From positions 86,924,001 to 86,988,000 of the forward strand of contig OX597820.1 of NCBI GenBank assembly GCA_951406725.2: a stretch of 64,000 bases of DNA. The letters are read 5' to 3'. Below the pieces are notes generated by a model. It made no database searches. It was not told the origin of the DNA and was given only the letters and a program-made list of their open reading frames with translations. This document shows, piece by piece, positions 47,239-61,612 of the stretch; position 1 is the stretch's first letter, and every line of letters begins with the position of its first letter. Made by a program: the position numbers and the translations under genes. Origin of the DNA: Octopus vulgaris. Lineage: Eukaryota.

Positions 47239-47474
47239 CCCCACAGTCACTACCATCAACAACAAATCACACCGAACTGTCGAAAAATAGAAAGAAAGAA
47301 AAGAAAGGGCATATCAGATAATATGGTTCTAGATGCCTCTAAAAAAAGTACGGAATGGTCACAGTTGGAATGTCTTTACCTTATGTGCCTACGCAACTGG
47401 AGTTGATCTGAAGCTAAACAACATCAGCAGCTGCAGTGGCGGCGGCAATAAAAACAGCAACAACACGCGCCAAT

Positions 47475-47666
47475 ACTCTTTACTCTTTTACTTGTTTCAG
47501 TCATTTGACTGCGGCCATACTGGAGCACCGCATTTAGTCGAGCAAATCGACCCCGGGATACATTCTTTGTAAGCTCAGTACTTATTCTATCGGTCTCTTT
47601 TGCCCAACCGCTAAGTGACGGGGACGTAAACACACCAGCATCGGTTGTCAAGCAATGCTAGGGGGA

Positions 47667-47724
<58 letters not shown>

Positions 47725-47860
47725 CGACAGTCTTCTTTCAGTTTCCGTCTACCAAATCCACTCTCAAGGCATTGGTCGGCCCGGGTCTATAGCAGAAGAC
47801 ACTTGCCCAAGATGCCACGCAGTGGGACTGAACCCGGAACCATGTGGTTGGTTAGCAAGT
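47475..47860 (-). mobile_element. SINE family B
   Basis: Typical layout with internal (CA)n(TA)n. Confidence 0.88.
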
Positions 47861-48288
47861 GGAGCTTTTAAACCGAAACTACCCACACCCATTTAACATC
47901 ATGAACGTAATATGAATAAATCGATGATAAATGCAAGCCTATTTCCAACTCATATTGTTACAGCGAAAAAACAGAACAGCAAGCATAAACAAAATCATAA
48001 AATGGCAACATAAAACCTGTTCGTCAATCAAAGTTTCCATGAAATCAATGATTGAAAAAATATATTTAAAAGATTTTCTTAAATATAATTCGTTGAATTG
48101 CTCTGACAGGCAGAAAGATGAACGCTGCATCGCTTGCTTCTTCCATGAAGTTGCATCAGGAAACAACACAACATGAGTCAACAGATTACTAGGAATTTTT
48201 GATTATAAACATTTGGCAGCCGCATATTTGAAGGTGTTAAATAAAGGTTAGCAGAAACGAAACAATACTGTTTTTAGTAAATAATCTC

Positions 48289-48346
<58 letters not shown>

Positions 48347-48444
48347 ATCATACGCTGTAACGCCCGAACTTCTCTCTCTTTCTCTTACTTCTCTCTCTCC
48401 CTCTTTCTCTCTTCCTCCCCCTCTCTCATTCTCTCTCTCTATAT

Positions 48445-48650
48445 ATACTTTTATTAAAGCTGCGAAATTATCACAAAACTTTTATTCAGTTTCACGTTGC
48501 CGTTCGTCGGACAATTGAAAAAGTTTGATGAAAAAGTTTTCGTCACAACTGGTCGACGAACGGGAACGTGATAATTTTGCATATTACTCTACCTTTGGTA
48601 TTCGAGTACTATTTTTTCCACCTTGTTTTGCTCTTATACGCTCACCTGTG
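48445..48650. mobile_element. Decayed PLE-like terminal fragment with inverted hammerhead remnants
   Basis: Minus strand CCGACGA-ACG gcaa CGT-GAAA (48490-48510); plus strand tcgacga-ACG ggaa CGT-ga (48553-48571). Confidence 0.4.
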
Positions 48651-49106
48651 TGTGTGTGTGGTAGAGAGAGAGAGAGAAAGAGAGAGAGGAGGAGAAAGAG
48701 GGAGAGAGTGAGTGAGTGAGAGAGAGAGAAATACAGAGGGAGAGAGACAGAGAGAGACAGTGGGGGATAGAGATACATACAAACTGTGCGGAAAACAACA
48801 GTAACAACAATAACATAAAAAACTATCATAACAACTCTGGCAGTTAACCGTTCATTCGGTGCAAGATCTGAAAGGGAATGTTCCCACTCCCAGTACAAAA
48901 ATGATATTGTAAGACTAGGTGTTATGTCGCTCAGTGAGGAAGGAAAAACTAACACTGAAAAAAAAAAAAACCATTGAGTACAAATGCGTTTCTCTCAAGG
49001 AAAGGAGACTTAAATTTCCCGCTCCAGCAGAAACTGAAAAATGTCAAGATGTGTGGCCCTCAATGTTGCACATGTATAAAGGAAAGCCGTACCGGAAAGT
49101 AGCTGT

Positions 49107-49590
49107 TACCGTAAATCCTCGAGTATAATCCGCATTTTTTCCCCAAAATTTGATGGTCAAAATCCCTAGTGCGTACTATATACGAGGTTAAAAATGAAAA
49201 ATATTTTCTAAGCAATGTCCGAGTCTCTATTTGCTGTCCGGCAATGTTTATTCAGACGCATTTCGTGATGTCAGGCGCGAAAATACCTTAAGCTAAGCCT
49301 GAAAGCAATGAAGGCATAAAAGAATCATCCATAACTTGCAGTAAGCAACATCTATTAAAATAAAAGCATTCAGAACACAGAATAACATGTAACAAAAACA
49401 ATTTGCAAACATATTTACATTCCATATAAAGTGTTTTTTCGACTAGGTGTTACTGGTTTAATTACGCACGACTGAAGTTAGAGAAGGGGTGCGTATTATG
49501 CACAAAGTTTAGGTTTTTCAGAGGTACAGACACCTAAAAATCCCCTGCGTATTATACTCAAGGGCGGACTATACTCGAAGATTTACGGTA
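49107..49590. mobile_element. pogo/Tigger-like MITE
   Basis: TA-flanked TIRs ccgtaaatcctcgagtata / tatactcgaagatttacgg; subterminal tgcgta(c/t)tat repeats. Confidence 0.85.
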
Positions 49591-50301
49591 TATGCATAAC
49601 ATGAGCAAGAAGTCAGAAGAATAAAAACAATTATTTGCCCGTCTCAGATCTTTACAGTGATTCCGCATTTTGAAGGTAAAATGTCGAGGCGAATTTAAAT
49701 GAAAAACGTACCGGTTTAGCGATATCCGCTGCATAAATTTAGACAAGCAGCAAATCCCATTTTGGCCATCTGTGGAAATGGGTCTTCAAATTTAGCAGCT
49801 TGCCGATTAAAAAAAAGAAAAGCCAAATAACTCACGTATAGCTACACTTCTTCGAAACGTCAAAACCTTTTCATTCCTCATAGTAACCAAACTTATTGAA
49901 CCTACAAACTCACTTGTATTTTATTATTCTTCCCTCACAAGTTTCCTTGAATTTCGGATTTTAATGAGCATATAAAGAAGACAGAACGGAAACAACTATG
50001 TTTCTTTAAACATTTTGTTCCTACAGTGTGGCTGTCAGTTTCTTTGTCCTCTTCTCTGAATGCGGTTTTACTGCTGCAAGTTTAGCCTCCCATCTGTAGA
50101 CGTAACAACTTGCTATGCTTTATTATATTTCTACAAGGAAAGAAAAGCAACAGATTAAAAAAGAAAAAAAATATATACATCAATGAACTTTACTTCTGAA
50201 ATCTAAATAGAGACAAAAACAAAGAGAAAAGGTCACATGTTTTGAAGTGATCGATAGTCAGAGTCAGAGTTATATATTCCCAGCTCATCATATAATAAAC
50301 A

Positions 50302-50302
50302 G

Positions 50303-50336
<34 letters not shown>

Positions 50337-50576
50337 CTTCTTCTTCTTCTTCTTCTTCTTCTTCTTCTTCTTCTTCTTCTTCTTCTTCTTCTTCTTCTTC
50401 TGTAGCTGTTGCTGCTGTTGCTCCACCATCACCATCACCAGCACCACCTCTTCTTTCTTGTTTAGTTCTTTCTTTCTCCTTTTCCTCCTCCTCATCCCCT
50501 CCTCCCCCTTCCTCCTCCTCTCCACCTTCTTTATTCTTTATTCTTTATTATTATTATTATTATGATTATTATTATG

Positions 50577-50635
<59 letters not shown>

Positions 50636-50674
50636 CATTATTATTATTATTATTGTTATTATTATTATTATTAC

Positions 50675-50728
<54 letters not shown>

Positions 50729-50733
50729 CATTA
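50302..50733. repeat. Compound (TTG)n(TTC)n...(TTA)n microsatellites
   Basis: Direct inspection. Confidence 0.95.
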
Positions 50734-51153
50734 CAATTTGTTGAAAAATATTCCCACCTCTTACATCGGTGTTCCTTTGGCTAGATCTTACGACAATTTG
50801 CCTTCCAGCCTACAAGAGCTAGCAAAATGCGAGTCAAGTACTGGGGTTCGCTATTTATCGACAACACTTAGTCTCCATGATTTTTCTTATTCATTTGTTA
50901 GAAGAGTTGCATGACGAAGGGCGATTCCGTGACCTTTAGAGGTCATCACTGTTTACATCGCTGCTCAGATGAAAACTCTAGAAACTTATATCCACAGGAA
51001 AACTCTGGGTTGGGAAGAAATCGAAAGGCGTGCAGTTCTCGAGCGGAGAAGAAAAGCCCATTCTTCTTCGTTTGAGGCTATATCGCGTGTGATTTGACAA
51101 AGATTTGGCTGCTCTTTCTAGCAGGTTGAGTCCCACGTAGGTGCTACATTGTT

Positions 51154-51182
51154 GCCGAGCGGTCTAAGGCGCTACGTTCAGG
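51154..51182 (+). pseudogene. tRNA-Leu(CAG) fragment (D-arm to anticodon)
   Basis: gccgagcggtctaaggcgctacgttcagg versus conserved GCCGAGCGGTCTAAGGCGCTGCGTTCAGG; no acceptor stem or T-arm. Confidence 0.7.
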
Positions 51183-51449
51183 GAACACTAATGTGTGTCG
51201 TTTGCGTTCAGTGAAATTAAGTTGGCAGTTGAGTAGTTGAAAGTAAGGGTACAAGCTCGGTAGTTGACAGGATTTAAGTTGTTACTGATATTTGAAATAT
51301 GACATCTTGTCAAGTATTTTCTCCAAATCCTGGTAAAGAGATAAAAACTGAAGTGTTTAGTGGAATTAGAAGTTATCTTAGCCAAGTTCAATTTTTTGGT
51401 AGAGGAGGGAAATCTTATCAAAATCATTGCCTTGGTGGTTGGAGTGAGT

Positions 51450-51661
51450 TACTCTTTTACTTGTTTCAGTCATTTGACTGCGGCCATGCTGGAGCACCGC
51501 CTTTATAGTTGAGCAAATCGACCCCAGAGCTTATTCTTTGTAAGCCTAGTACTTATTTTATCGGTCTCTTTTGCCGAACCGCTAAGTTACGGGGACGTAA
51601 ACACACCAACATCGGTTGTCAAGCGATGCTGGGGGGTTGACAAACAGACACACAAACACAC

Positions 51662-51722
<61 letters not shown>

Positions 51723-51882
51723 CGACGGGCTTCTTCCAGTTTCCGCCTACCAAATTCACTCACAAGGCTTTGGTCGGCCCGAGGCTATAGTAGAAGACAC
51801 TTGCCCAAGGTACCATGCAGTGGGACTGAACCCGGGACCATGTGGTTAGAAAGCAAGTTACTTACCACACAGCCACTTCTGC
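51450..51882 (-). mobile_element. SINE family B, full length
   Basis: Typical layout. Confidence 0.9.
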
Positions 51883-53599
51883 CCCTTGTTGTTAAACTGT
51901 TAAGTTTTTATCGTCATTCAATCTCGATCTTGAGCGAACGAACGAACTCATGAGCCTTATTGTAAGATTATAGTATATCTAGGATTTATCATTCAATGTG
52001 TCCGACTCTGTTTGCGATGTGATCTGAAAGAGATTAGGCTAGCGTTTCTAGCAAATCAAGCGATTACGTTTACAATATGGAAGTTTTATCTGTATAATTG
52101 CTTGTTACTTCACCATGTTAGATGAAAAGTTGCAGGTTGGTGGATCCCGGAAAGTTTGAAGAGATTCTTCCAGTAAAGTACAAGGAAACATGGGTAAGTT
52201 AATGTTATAGCAATCACTAAGATAGCGAGAAGCGATCTCAATTAGTGCTGATTGGACAGGTTGATGGAGTGACAGAAATAGTAGAGCATTGAGTTTAATA
52301 TTTTTGGAGAGTTTACTTTATGACTCTCCTTTCAGATTTTTGGCCTCTTACCAATTGAAAAAATCATTATGTTGGCGAGTAGAAAGACGACAAATAATTA
52401 AAAATGGTCGGAGTTTGGACTTATATACTTTGTACTAATTACTGAATCTTTGGAATTCAAATATCATCACGATAAAACATGTGTCTACTCAATTTCACTC
52501 CTAAGGCTTGGGTCAACCCGAGTCTATGGTGAAGGAAAATTGCTAAAGATGCTATGCGGTGGAATCGAACCCAGGACCTTGTGATAATAAAGCGAACTTT
52601 GTAAGCTCTCAGACTTGCTGCTTTTATATGGCCTTGTGACTTGGGTGAATGGGTAAGAAATATATTCTGTGAAGTAGTTCTGAGGAAGAAGCGTTGGATA
52701 GGCCATATCATAACTGGAATAATGCAACTGGGTAGATGGAGAAGTTGGTAGTTGATGTTGGTGCTTAGTTCAGGTCATACATGATTAAGCAGATCTATTA
52801 TTACTGGCGTTCCATTCGTGACACCCCGTCTTTATAAATATATATGTATTTGTGTGTGTGTGCCCTGCTTCCTTTAAGATTGTGGAGCGTAATTTAAGGC
52901 AGTAGTTGATAGTTTTAGAATGAAGTATGTAAAGTATTAAGAATTATCAAATAGCAGAAATTGTAACACAAACAATCGGAACGACATCCAGGAAAATTCC
53001 AACCAATTGCTTAATGAAGATACGGCAACTAACACTAACAGTTAGAAAAGTTTCCTCTCCCTGTTTCTTCTATTCCTGATTCAGCAGTTTCTGCTTTTTG
53101 AATTTGCCAACTATCTACTATATCCAACCAATCACACCTACTCTAGTTGTGTACTAGTTGTGTGCCCTCGGCCAATCTTATTTAATCCAATTGTGTACAA
53201 CACTCAATCAATCATATTCAATCGATCCATCACTCTTACTCCCTTGGTCACTTTTATATTTCGCTCAGTGAATTTTGTATTAAATTCTGGTGCCTATTTC
53301 CATAACTGTAATCTTTAGGAGTCTTCTGTCTATGCTTAAACTACATACAGCACCCTGTAGGAATTGCTGTTGAGCATCAAACATCGACTTCATTATTCTG
53401 ATGGGACAACATCTATGGGTATTAAACCTGTCTCTCTTTCCCAGATTAAGTAATGTAAACCAAACACTCTCACATCAATTCATAATGTATTGAATCCGAA
53501 ATCCGAAAGTGTTATATTTAATGATTGCATTCGAAATGAATCATTTGCCATATTTTTTATTTGCTGTACAAATATTTTTTGTTAGCAAGACGTTAATAT

Positions 53600-54100
53600 T
53601 AGCTTCAAATTTCGGCACAAAGCCAGCAAGTTCGGGGGAGGGGGGTAGTCGATTATATTGACCCCCAGTGCTCAACTGGTACTTATTTTATTGACTTCGA
53701 TTACATCGACTCCAGTAATCAACTTAGTACTCATTTTATCAAACCCGAAAAGATGAAAGGCAAAGACCACGTGGTATTTGAACTCAGCGAGCTGGCAGAA
53801 ACGTTAGCACGCCGGGCGAAATGCTTAGCGGTATTTCGTCTGCGTTACGTTGTGAGTTCAAATTCCGCCGAGGTTGACTTTGCCTTTCGTCCTTTCGGGG
53901 TCGATAAATTAAGTACCAGTTACGCACTGGGGTCGATGTAATCGACTTAATACCTATGTCTGTCCTTGCTTGTCCCCTCTATGTTTAGCCCCTTGTGGGT
54001 AATAAAGAAATAGGTATTTGAACTCAGAACATGAAGACGAACGAAATGCCGCTAAGCACTTCACCCGGCATGCTAACGAATTCTGCCGGCTTGCCCCTTT
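53600..54100 (-). mobile_element. Old SINE-A host copy interrupted by a young SINE-A
   Basis: Host halves rejoin at ggtatttgaactcag. Confidence 0.8.
53788..54012 (+). mobile_element. Young SINE family A nested in SINE-A
   Basis: 15-bp TSD ggtatttgaactcag at 53773-53787 and 54013-54027; nearly identical to 9513-9743. Confidence 0.9.
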
Positions 54101-55077
54101 CAAGACGTTAATATTGCTTCCATTTTTTATTTTGTCAGAGGAAGGAATGCATCGTCCTTGACCCATTACTGAATTCCCGTTATTGGTGGGAGGAGACAAA
54201 CAAAACAAAAAAAAAACAATATATATATATATATATATATGTGTATAATGCGACCAAAATTTGGCCCAAATGTTTGCAACAGAGCGGAATCCATAAACGG
54301 CACTCAAGTGCACGTGGGGGTGTTAAAACGATATTAACCACAATCCATATAGTGTTGATTGATGTTACCATTACGTCGTTCTTTCACATTATTATCATAA
54401 TAACAACCAAATTATTAATTATCTTATTTTTCATTTAGTACGTATCAATTTTTGCCACAAAGTATTATCCGTATCGATCTTTGACTGTCTTGGCCTCTAA
54501 ATTAACCTACCACAAGCGATTCCTTGATTGATTATGTTGATCTATAAAATAAACATCGAAACCGAGCGGAAAGATATCACCACGAACAGAAAAATTATTA
54601 AAACACTTTACAATTAAAAATCAAGTAGTAACATTAAAAATTCAATTTATATAATTTTTTTTTTAAATGCTTAACATTCTTGAAAAAATTTTCAATTCTT
54701 AAAATCAAATTTTATAAAACTACATAAATGAATAATCAATTCAATTTTCATCTTTTTTAATATTATGTTTATATTTGTTAATATCGGCAAGTTCCCTTTG
54801 TCCGTTGGTTACATAAACTAAACCGCATTTACATGTTTGCGTTTATTCTAAAAGGCCAACATTCGTGGGCGTCACTTAAAATTGGTAGCAACGATAATTC
54901 TCTTTTGTCAGTTAATGAGATTTTTGAGGCTGATGAATATATTTTTAATTGATATTAACGTGTATGAAGCTAATGATATTTAAATTGAAAACTCCCGTCG
55001 ATTCGTCCGTTTAAAATATTATTGTTTAAAAGTGAGCTAGGATGTAAGTGTCTTTATCTTTAATCTGTTATAATCTT

Positions 55078-55445
55078 CTTGTTTCAGTCATTAGACTGCA
55101 GCCATACTGGGGCACTGCCTTGAAGGGTTTAGTCGAACAATTCGACCCCAGGACTTATTTTTTCAAGCCTGGCATATATTCCATCTTTTTGCTGAACCGC
55201 TAAGTTACAGGGACGTAAACAAAACAACTCCAGTTGTCAAGCGGTGGTTTTGGGCACAAACAAAAAGACAGGGTGCGCGCGCGCAAACACATATATCTAT
55301 ACGAAGTTCTTTCAGTTTCCACCTGCAAAATCCACATACAAAGCTTTGGTCGGCCCCGGGCTATAGTAGAAGATACCTATCCAAGATGCCACGCAGTGGG
55401 CTCGAACCTGGAGCCATGTGATTTGAGAAGCAAATTTCTTACACG
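55078..55445 (-). mobile_element. SINE family B (diverged)
   Basis: cttgtttcagtcattagactgc...gctatagtagaagata. Confidence 0.8.
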
Positions 55446-55728
55446 CCTGTATGTATATATTTTAAGGCCGATATCATGAAGGGTAATGCACATGTTCAAC
55501 CTCTGGGTTTCCCATACTCAAGTAGGGGAAGAAAAAATCCCAATGCATGATTTTAACTTGAGTCTGATGAACTGGCTCAATACTTGCAGCAAAGAGCTCT
55601 ACTAAAAGCTTTCAAGGACGAGGAAATGATGCTATAGCGGTAGAATTTTAAGGTTCATGAAAAAAATGTCGTTTTAGATGTATTTATTGTGAAATATTTA
55701 TTTCTCTAACGTTTTACTTAGTTTAACA

Positions 55729-56068
55729 GTGAAGGCGCGTGGCTTAGTGGTTAGGGCATTCGGCTCGCGATTGTAAGGTCGTGAGTTCGATTCCCGGCGA
55801 CGCGTTGAGTCCTTGAGCAAATCACTTTATTTCACGTTGCTCCAGTCCACTCAGCTGGTAAAAATGAGTTGTACCTGTATTTCAAAGGGCCGGCCTTGTC
55901 ACACTTTGTGTCACGCTGAATCTCCCTGAGAACTACGTTATGGGTACGCGTGTCTGTGGATTGCTCAGTCAATTGCACGTTAAGATTGCACGTTAATTTC
56001 ATGAGCAGGCTGTTCTGTTGATCGTATCAACTGGGACCCTCGTCGTCGTAACCGACGGAGTGCTCCTA
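55729..56068 (+). mobile_element. SINE family D, full length
   Basis: 13-bp TSD acttagtttaaca at 55716-55728 and 56069-56081. Confidence 0.9.
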
Positions 56069-56794
56069 ACTTAGTTTAACATGTTTCTGGGTACTAAAAC
56101 GTGTTCTCTCAGACAGCGCTAATGCAAAGCTAAACAAGTGAATGAGTGAAAAACAAAATAGGAATTTTAAAAGAAGTATTTATAAAACTAATTTTTAAAC
56201 ATCGAATGGTTTTGAGGTTCCATCTTAGTAAAATAGTAATTAAAGGGGCTCATAGATAAAAATTGGTTGAGAACCATTGTTTTAGATGATATTATCCGAA
56301 AAAAAAAAAACGAAAGACAGGATGGTCATTAGTGGAACATCTTTGATGATAAGATAGCTCAATCAAGAATGTTCTAGGGTCAACAACAACAAAAGCAATC
56401 TAAATGTAAATCGGTGGCAGATATTGATATTACTTACCACACAAAGTATTGTAAGCATTTTAAAATTGATGTGTTTCAATGGCTTACAATGATGAGTTCA
56501 AATTGGTAGATTTGATGGTATTATTTGCCTTTCTGCAGGAGAAGGACGGTTGTGCATTAAATGTAGATATCTATCCACGTTAAACTGCAAACGAGAGTTG
56601 GGAAAATGAATGATATGAAAAGCTGCATGACAGGCCATGTAAAAATAGATATCATATATGATATATGATATTTGGTTTTCAAATCAATATGTATATTCCC
56701 AATTTACTAATGTACAGCAATTTAGAAATAGTGCGGTGATACCATGACTAAAGAAAAGATCGTTTATAAGTCTAAAAGGTATTGATATTTATTT

Positions 56795-57130
56795 AAGAGC
56801 GGCGATTTGGCGAGTGGCGGACAAAATACCTATTGGTATTTCTTAGGACTCTTTATGTTTTGAGTTGAAATCTTACCGAAACCAACTTTGCCTTTCCTCC
56901 TTCCGAGGTCGATAGAGTAAAGTACCAGTTAAGTACTGAATTCGATATAAATTAGATACAATTATTAATAGTTATCCCAAACATTAGACGTAGGCTTGGC
57001 TGTGTGGTAAGACACTTGCTTCCCAACCACATGATTTCCTGTCCAAGTTCCACAGGGACGGTGTCTTCTACTATAGCTTCGGGCTGACTAAAGCCTAGTA
57101 AGTGGACTTGGTAGACTGAAAGCAGCCCAT
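56795..57130 (+). mobile_element. Old SINE-A followed by SINE-B head
   Basis: ctttgcctttcctccttccgaggtcgatag; ggctgtgtggtaagacacttgc...gtcttctactatagc. Confidence 0.65.
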
Positions 57131-57140
57131 TGTATATCTG

Positions 57141-57191
<51 letters not shown>

Positions 57192-57237
57192 GTCTGTCTG
57201 TCTCACTCTCTCTCTCTCACTCTCTCTCTCTCTCTCT

Positions 57238-57281
<44 letters not shown>

Positions 57282-57844
57282 AATGAATAATAGCAGACAA
57301 TGGATAGTTGTCAGCCCATTACAGCTGTTTCTTGCGTAATTTTTAAATAGAAGAATGAGAACATCCGATCTGGTATTTCCTCTAACCCGGTATTAGGTGA
57401 AGTTTATTATACCATCCCGTCTTTCTTTGAACTCTTTAATGTTAAGTAGTACTCTACTATTATTATCAGGTTCTTTCTCTCCAGGCAAACCTGTCCTAAT
57501 ATTACAAATGCTCACCACTAACCCATATAACATATTCATACCTACAGCTACAACCTCTATCTTTCCACTTTACCAGATAAATCAATCGCGCATAACACTT
57601 ATTAGTTAGAACTTATCATTCAATTGCGATTCCTTCCTGCTACATTCTAATCACATTCCCGCAGTGGCGGAGCAATGTAGACTGGATGATGAGAGCGAGC
57701 TAATGTACAACACAATCATTTGATCACTATAAACAAACCATTTGTACAGGTTGTTCTGCAATTTGTTGCAGGACCGTCTTTCTCGGACTACTTGAAACTA
57801 CCATCATTATGGTTTTTTTGTACACTCTGCATGTTAGTAGAATA

Positions 57845-58400
57845 TCACTGAGACAAGTAAACAAGTTTAAGTATCTCGGGATCATATTATCATATTAAGT
57901 ATCACGACGCAGGAGGCTGAATTGGGTGCTAGACATGAAGGTGTTGACACAGCTCCCAAAATGGATCTTTTTTTGACAAAAGATCGTTAAAAAAGTCAAA
58001 CTTGCTACCTTCACTTCAGTTCTCGTGCGTATCCTCATCTATGGTCATGAATGTTGGTAATGAATGAAAGATTACGGTTGCGACTATACGCGGCCGAAAT
58101 AGGGTTCCTCCAAAGGACCTCTTGAGTAACGTTACTCGAGAGAGTGCTTAACTCGGAGATCCGCATTGAGGGGTTGTAGCTCCGATACCGCGGGAATGTG
58201 ATTAGAATGTAGCAGGAAAGAATCGCAAGATGAATTCTTCAAGCCAAGCCGACCAACAGGAGATCTAGAGTGGGAACTGAAAACGAGAAGGTTGGATAAG
58301 ATCCATCGTCTCAGTTAGTCACATTTGGGAATTCAACTGAAAAATGTAATGATGGTTGTTTCTGATTGGAGGAGGTGCCTTAGGACTCTTCACTCATGAC
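57845..58400 (+). pseudogene. RTE-clade LINE C-terminal relic
   Basis: QVNKFKYLG, LIYGHECW, LYAAEIGFL, LRYRGNVIRM; related to 8890-9080. Confidence 0.75.
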
Positions 58401-58753
58401 CTCTCAGTTGGGGTTGGGGAGAAGATTAGATTATCCATGTGTCCTTCCTTTTTCAAAACATTAAAATGTAATTTGAAGAAGATTTAGCTGGTATTCCTGG
58501 TAGGTCTAGTATATAGATGCTTCATCATTGACTCGGGTTCCCTCGGTAAAGTATCGGACTTAATGTACTACGATAGTCAGTTGTGTCTTTCTACATTCTG
58601 ATTGCAAATCTCACCCAAAATCGCTATATTATCAATAATATAGCCGAGAAATATCTATGTATATTCTTGTGTATGCAACATACACAAGACTTCTGAGAGC
58701 TGCACTTAACGTCAAATAGCAGTTCCTTACAATAAATAAGGTTCTATATATCC

Positions 58754-59305
<552 letters not shown>

Positions 59306-59309
59306 TTAC

Positions 59310-59576
59310 AGCAAATATTCTGCTTCATACCACAGATTTGCTTGTCAGTTGCTTGACCTTAACCGCTTGATCGCGTCCCTTAGTGGCTGACAATATGTGC
59401 ATCTCTGAGTAATGGGGGAGAACCATAGCCATGTTTTGAGAGGGATTGTTTGGAGTTTGAATAAATGTAACAAAAGCAAAGTTTGAAGGAAATATTAGCC
59501 ATTTTTCATACTTTCTAGGGGTAAGCAAATAGGAAATAACAATTGCTACACAAGGACAAAAATCATATTACAGTGT
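59310..59576. mobile_element. MITE-like repeat (family of 16288-16677)
   Basis: gcaaatattctgct...gcaaataggaaataac...tacagtg. Confidence 0.7.
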
Positions 59577-61572
59577 TTTTATTCTTTATCTCAAAGCCAG
59601 CTCTGATCTGGCAGTATATCTACAGTCATAGGTGCTCTAGCAGTGTTTTCAGAGGGCATAGTCACACTAAGCAGTTTCCCTGGGGCCCATGCCTTAAAGG
59701 TCTAGTGACCCAATTCTGATCTTTATATGCTGTGACTCACTGTCGATAAATAAATGTATGCCCAGTGCATTGATTTGCCCAAAGGCCTATAATGCTGTTA
59801 AGACGGCTCTGCGCTCCAGTTGCGAGAATCCAGCCCTGATTCATACTGTGCTGTACAATTATACTGTACTTGGTTGCTGTTCTGATAGGGTCGGAGGAGT
59901 GCATTTGTACCACAGAACGGATCATTTACAATCGATAAGACTTATGAATTAAAGATGTTCCATTTGTGACCACTGCGACTTGATTTCAGTCATTACAACT
60001 AATACAACTCTGCTCAACTAATCCTTCATGCTTTAAGACGGTAGAGTAATACTCAAGGGAAATTTGACTGCTAGTTGCAGCAAGTCGATAACTCACGTAG
60101 GCACAAAACATCCCTAAATGGTCTGGTGGTATACTACACTATAATTCACGTTTGTACCATTAACTTGCATTATTCAGTATTAATGTTTGTTATAGAAGAT
60201 TAGTTTGTCCTTGTTATACTATGTAAAGAGGGATTTTTCGAGTGTCCAACTTATAGGTTCGCATTTAAAAATGAATGATCCACTTTTAATTTTCATGTAC
60301 ATTACCTCAGTCCAAATAAGCTGTCAAAATCAATTACAGAAGTTCTGAGAATGTTACCTGTGTTTATTTCGTTACTTACAACAGAAAGGTATCGTACCAA
60401 GGAGAGGGTAAAATGTATCACCCACCCACTCTGTTTTCGTGAAATCCAGTGGTAATGGTTTGAACTTTAGCAGACAGTTACATTATAAAATGGACAGTAA
60501 CACAATAGAAGGTTCTCTTTAGCAAAGGTTCTAAGACTGATCGAAAACCAACGTAGGGAATAGTATTAAATTTACATTATTATATAACTAGTATTTATTT
60601 GAGAGCTCTGTTGGGATAAATGGCAAGGTTCAATGCGATGGGATTTGAGCTCAGAACATCAACGAACAAAGATATCACAAAAATCATTTGGTCACGTGCT
60701 ACTACCAATCCTGCCAATAACGATCTTTCTCTTAAAATTTATATTATTCCGGAGGTTGACACGACGCCGCACGTTTCAGACGAAGATATGTTTTTTACGG
60801 ATATTTTAGGGAAAGATATCCGATGAAATCGAGTGACAACACTCGATTTTATTTCATAGATCTTAACATGTTGAAAAGTTGAGTCGATCTTGGAAGAATT
60901 TGAGCTGAAAACTTTATTAAAGAAAGTATATATTTCTCAAAATCCCTTCTTTTGGTGCGTCTATCGATTTTGTTACCTTTCTTAATATAAATGTTAAATA
61001 TTGAAACTTACAATGGAATCTTGATATTTAATCCATGCTTTTAATGTTTCTATCAATTTCCATTTGGTTATGAATTTATATTTTGACACATTACTTGACA
61101 AGATAATATAGATAAGTTTATCATTCCAAATATAGTACTGGCGATTAATTTAACGAGCTCATGTGAACGGAAAGTAAGTCAGCCGACATTTTAATGTTAA
61201 ACGCAGTTTCTTCACTATCGATTCTAGAAAGATTGCTTGTCTCTCTTCAAAACATAATTAATCGTGTCATTTAATCGGAAGAGGCGGAAAAGGTACAGCC
61301 TCTAACTGTATACATTCCAGCATTTTTCTGTTATCTTCCTAACTTTTGAGTTCAATATCCGCAGCCTTCCTCTCTTCTGAGTGGATAAAATAAATACCGA
61401 ACTATATATAATTTAGTTGCGGGAGTGAGTTGAACCGTCTCATTCTCATTATTTGTTAATCATTCCACCAATAATACATCATTTGTTTTATGTTCTCGTT
61501 TGTCTTGTTATATCCCCTCTATATAATCAGGCCATTGTGCCTATAATAAAGAAAAAAGCAAGCCATGCTACT

Positions 61573-61612
61573 CCTGACTGATGACGAGCAAGACCCAGAA
61601 ACATGTCTCTGG
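61573..61612 (+). ncRNA. Degenerate minimal hammerhead-like motif
   Basis: cctga-CTGATGA-cgagcaagaccca-GAAA-CATG-TC-tctgg; core intact, stem II poorly paired. Confidence 0.45.
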
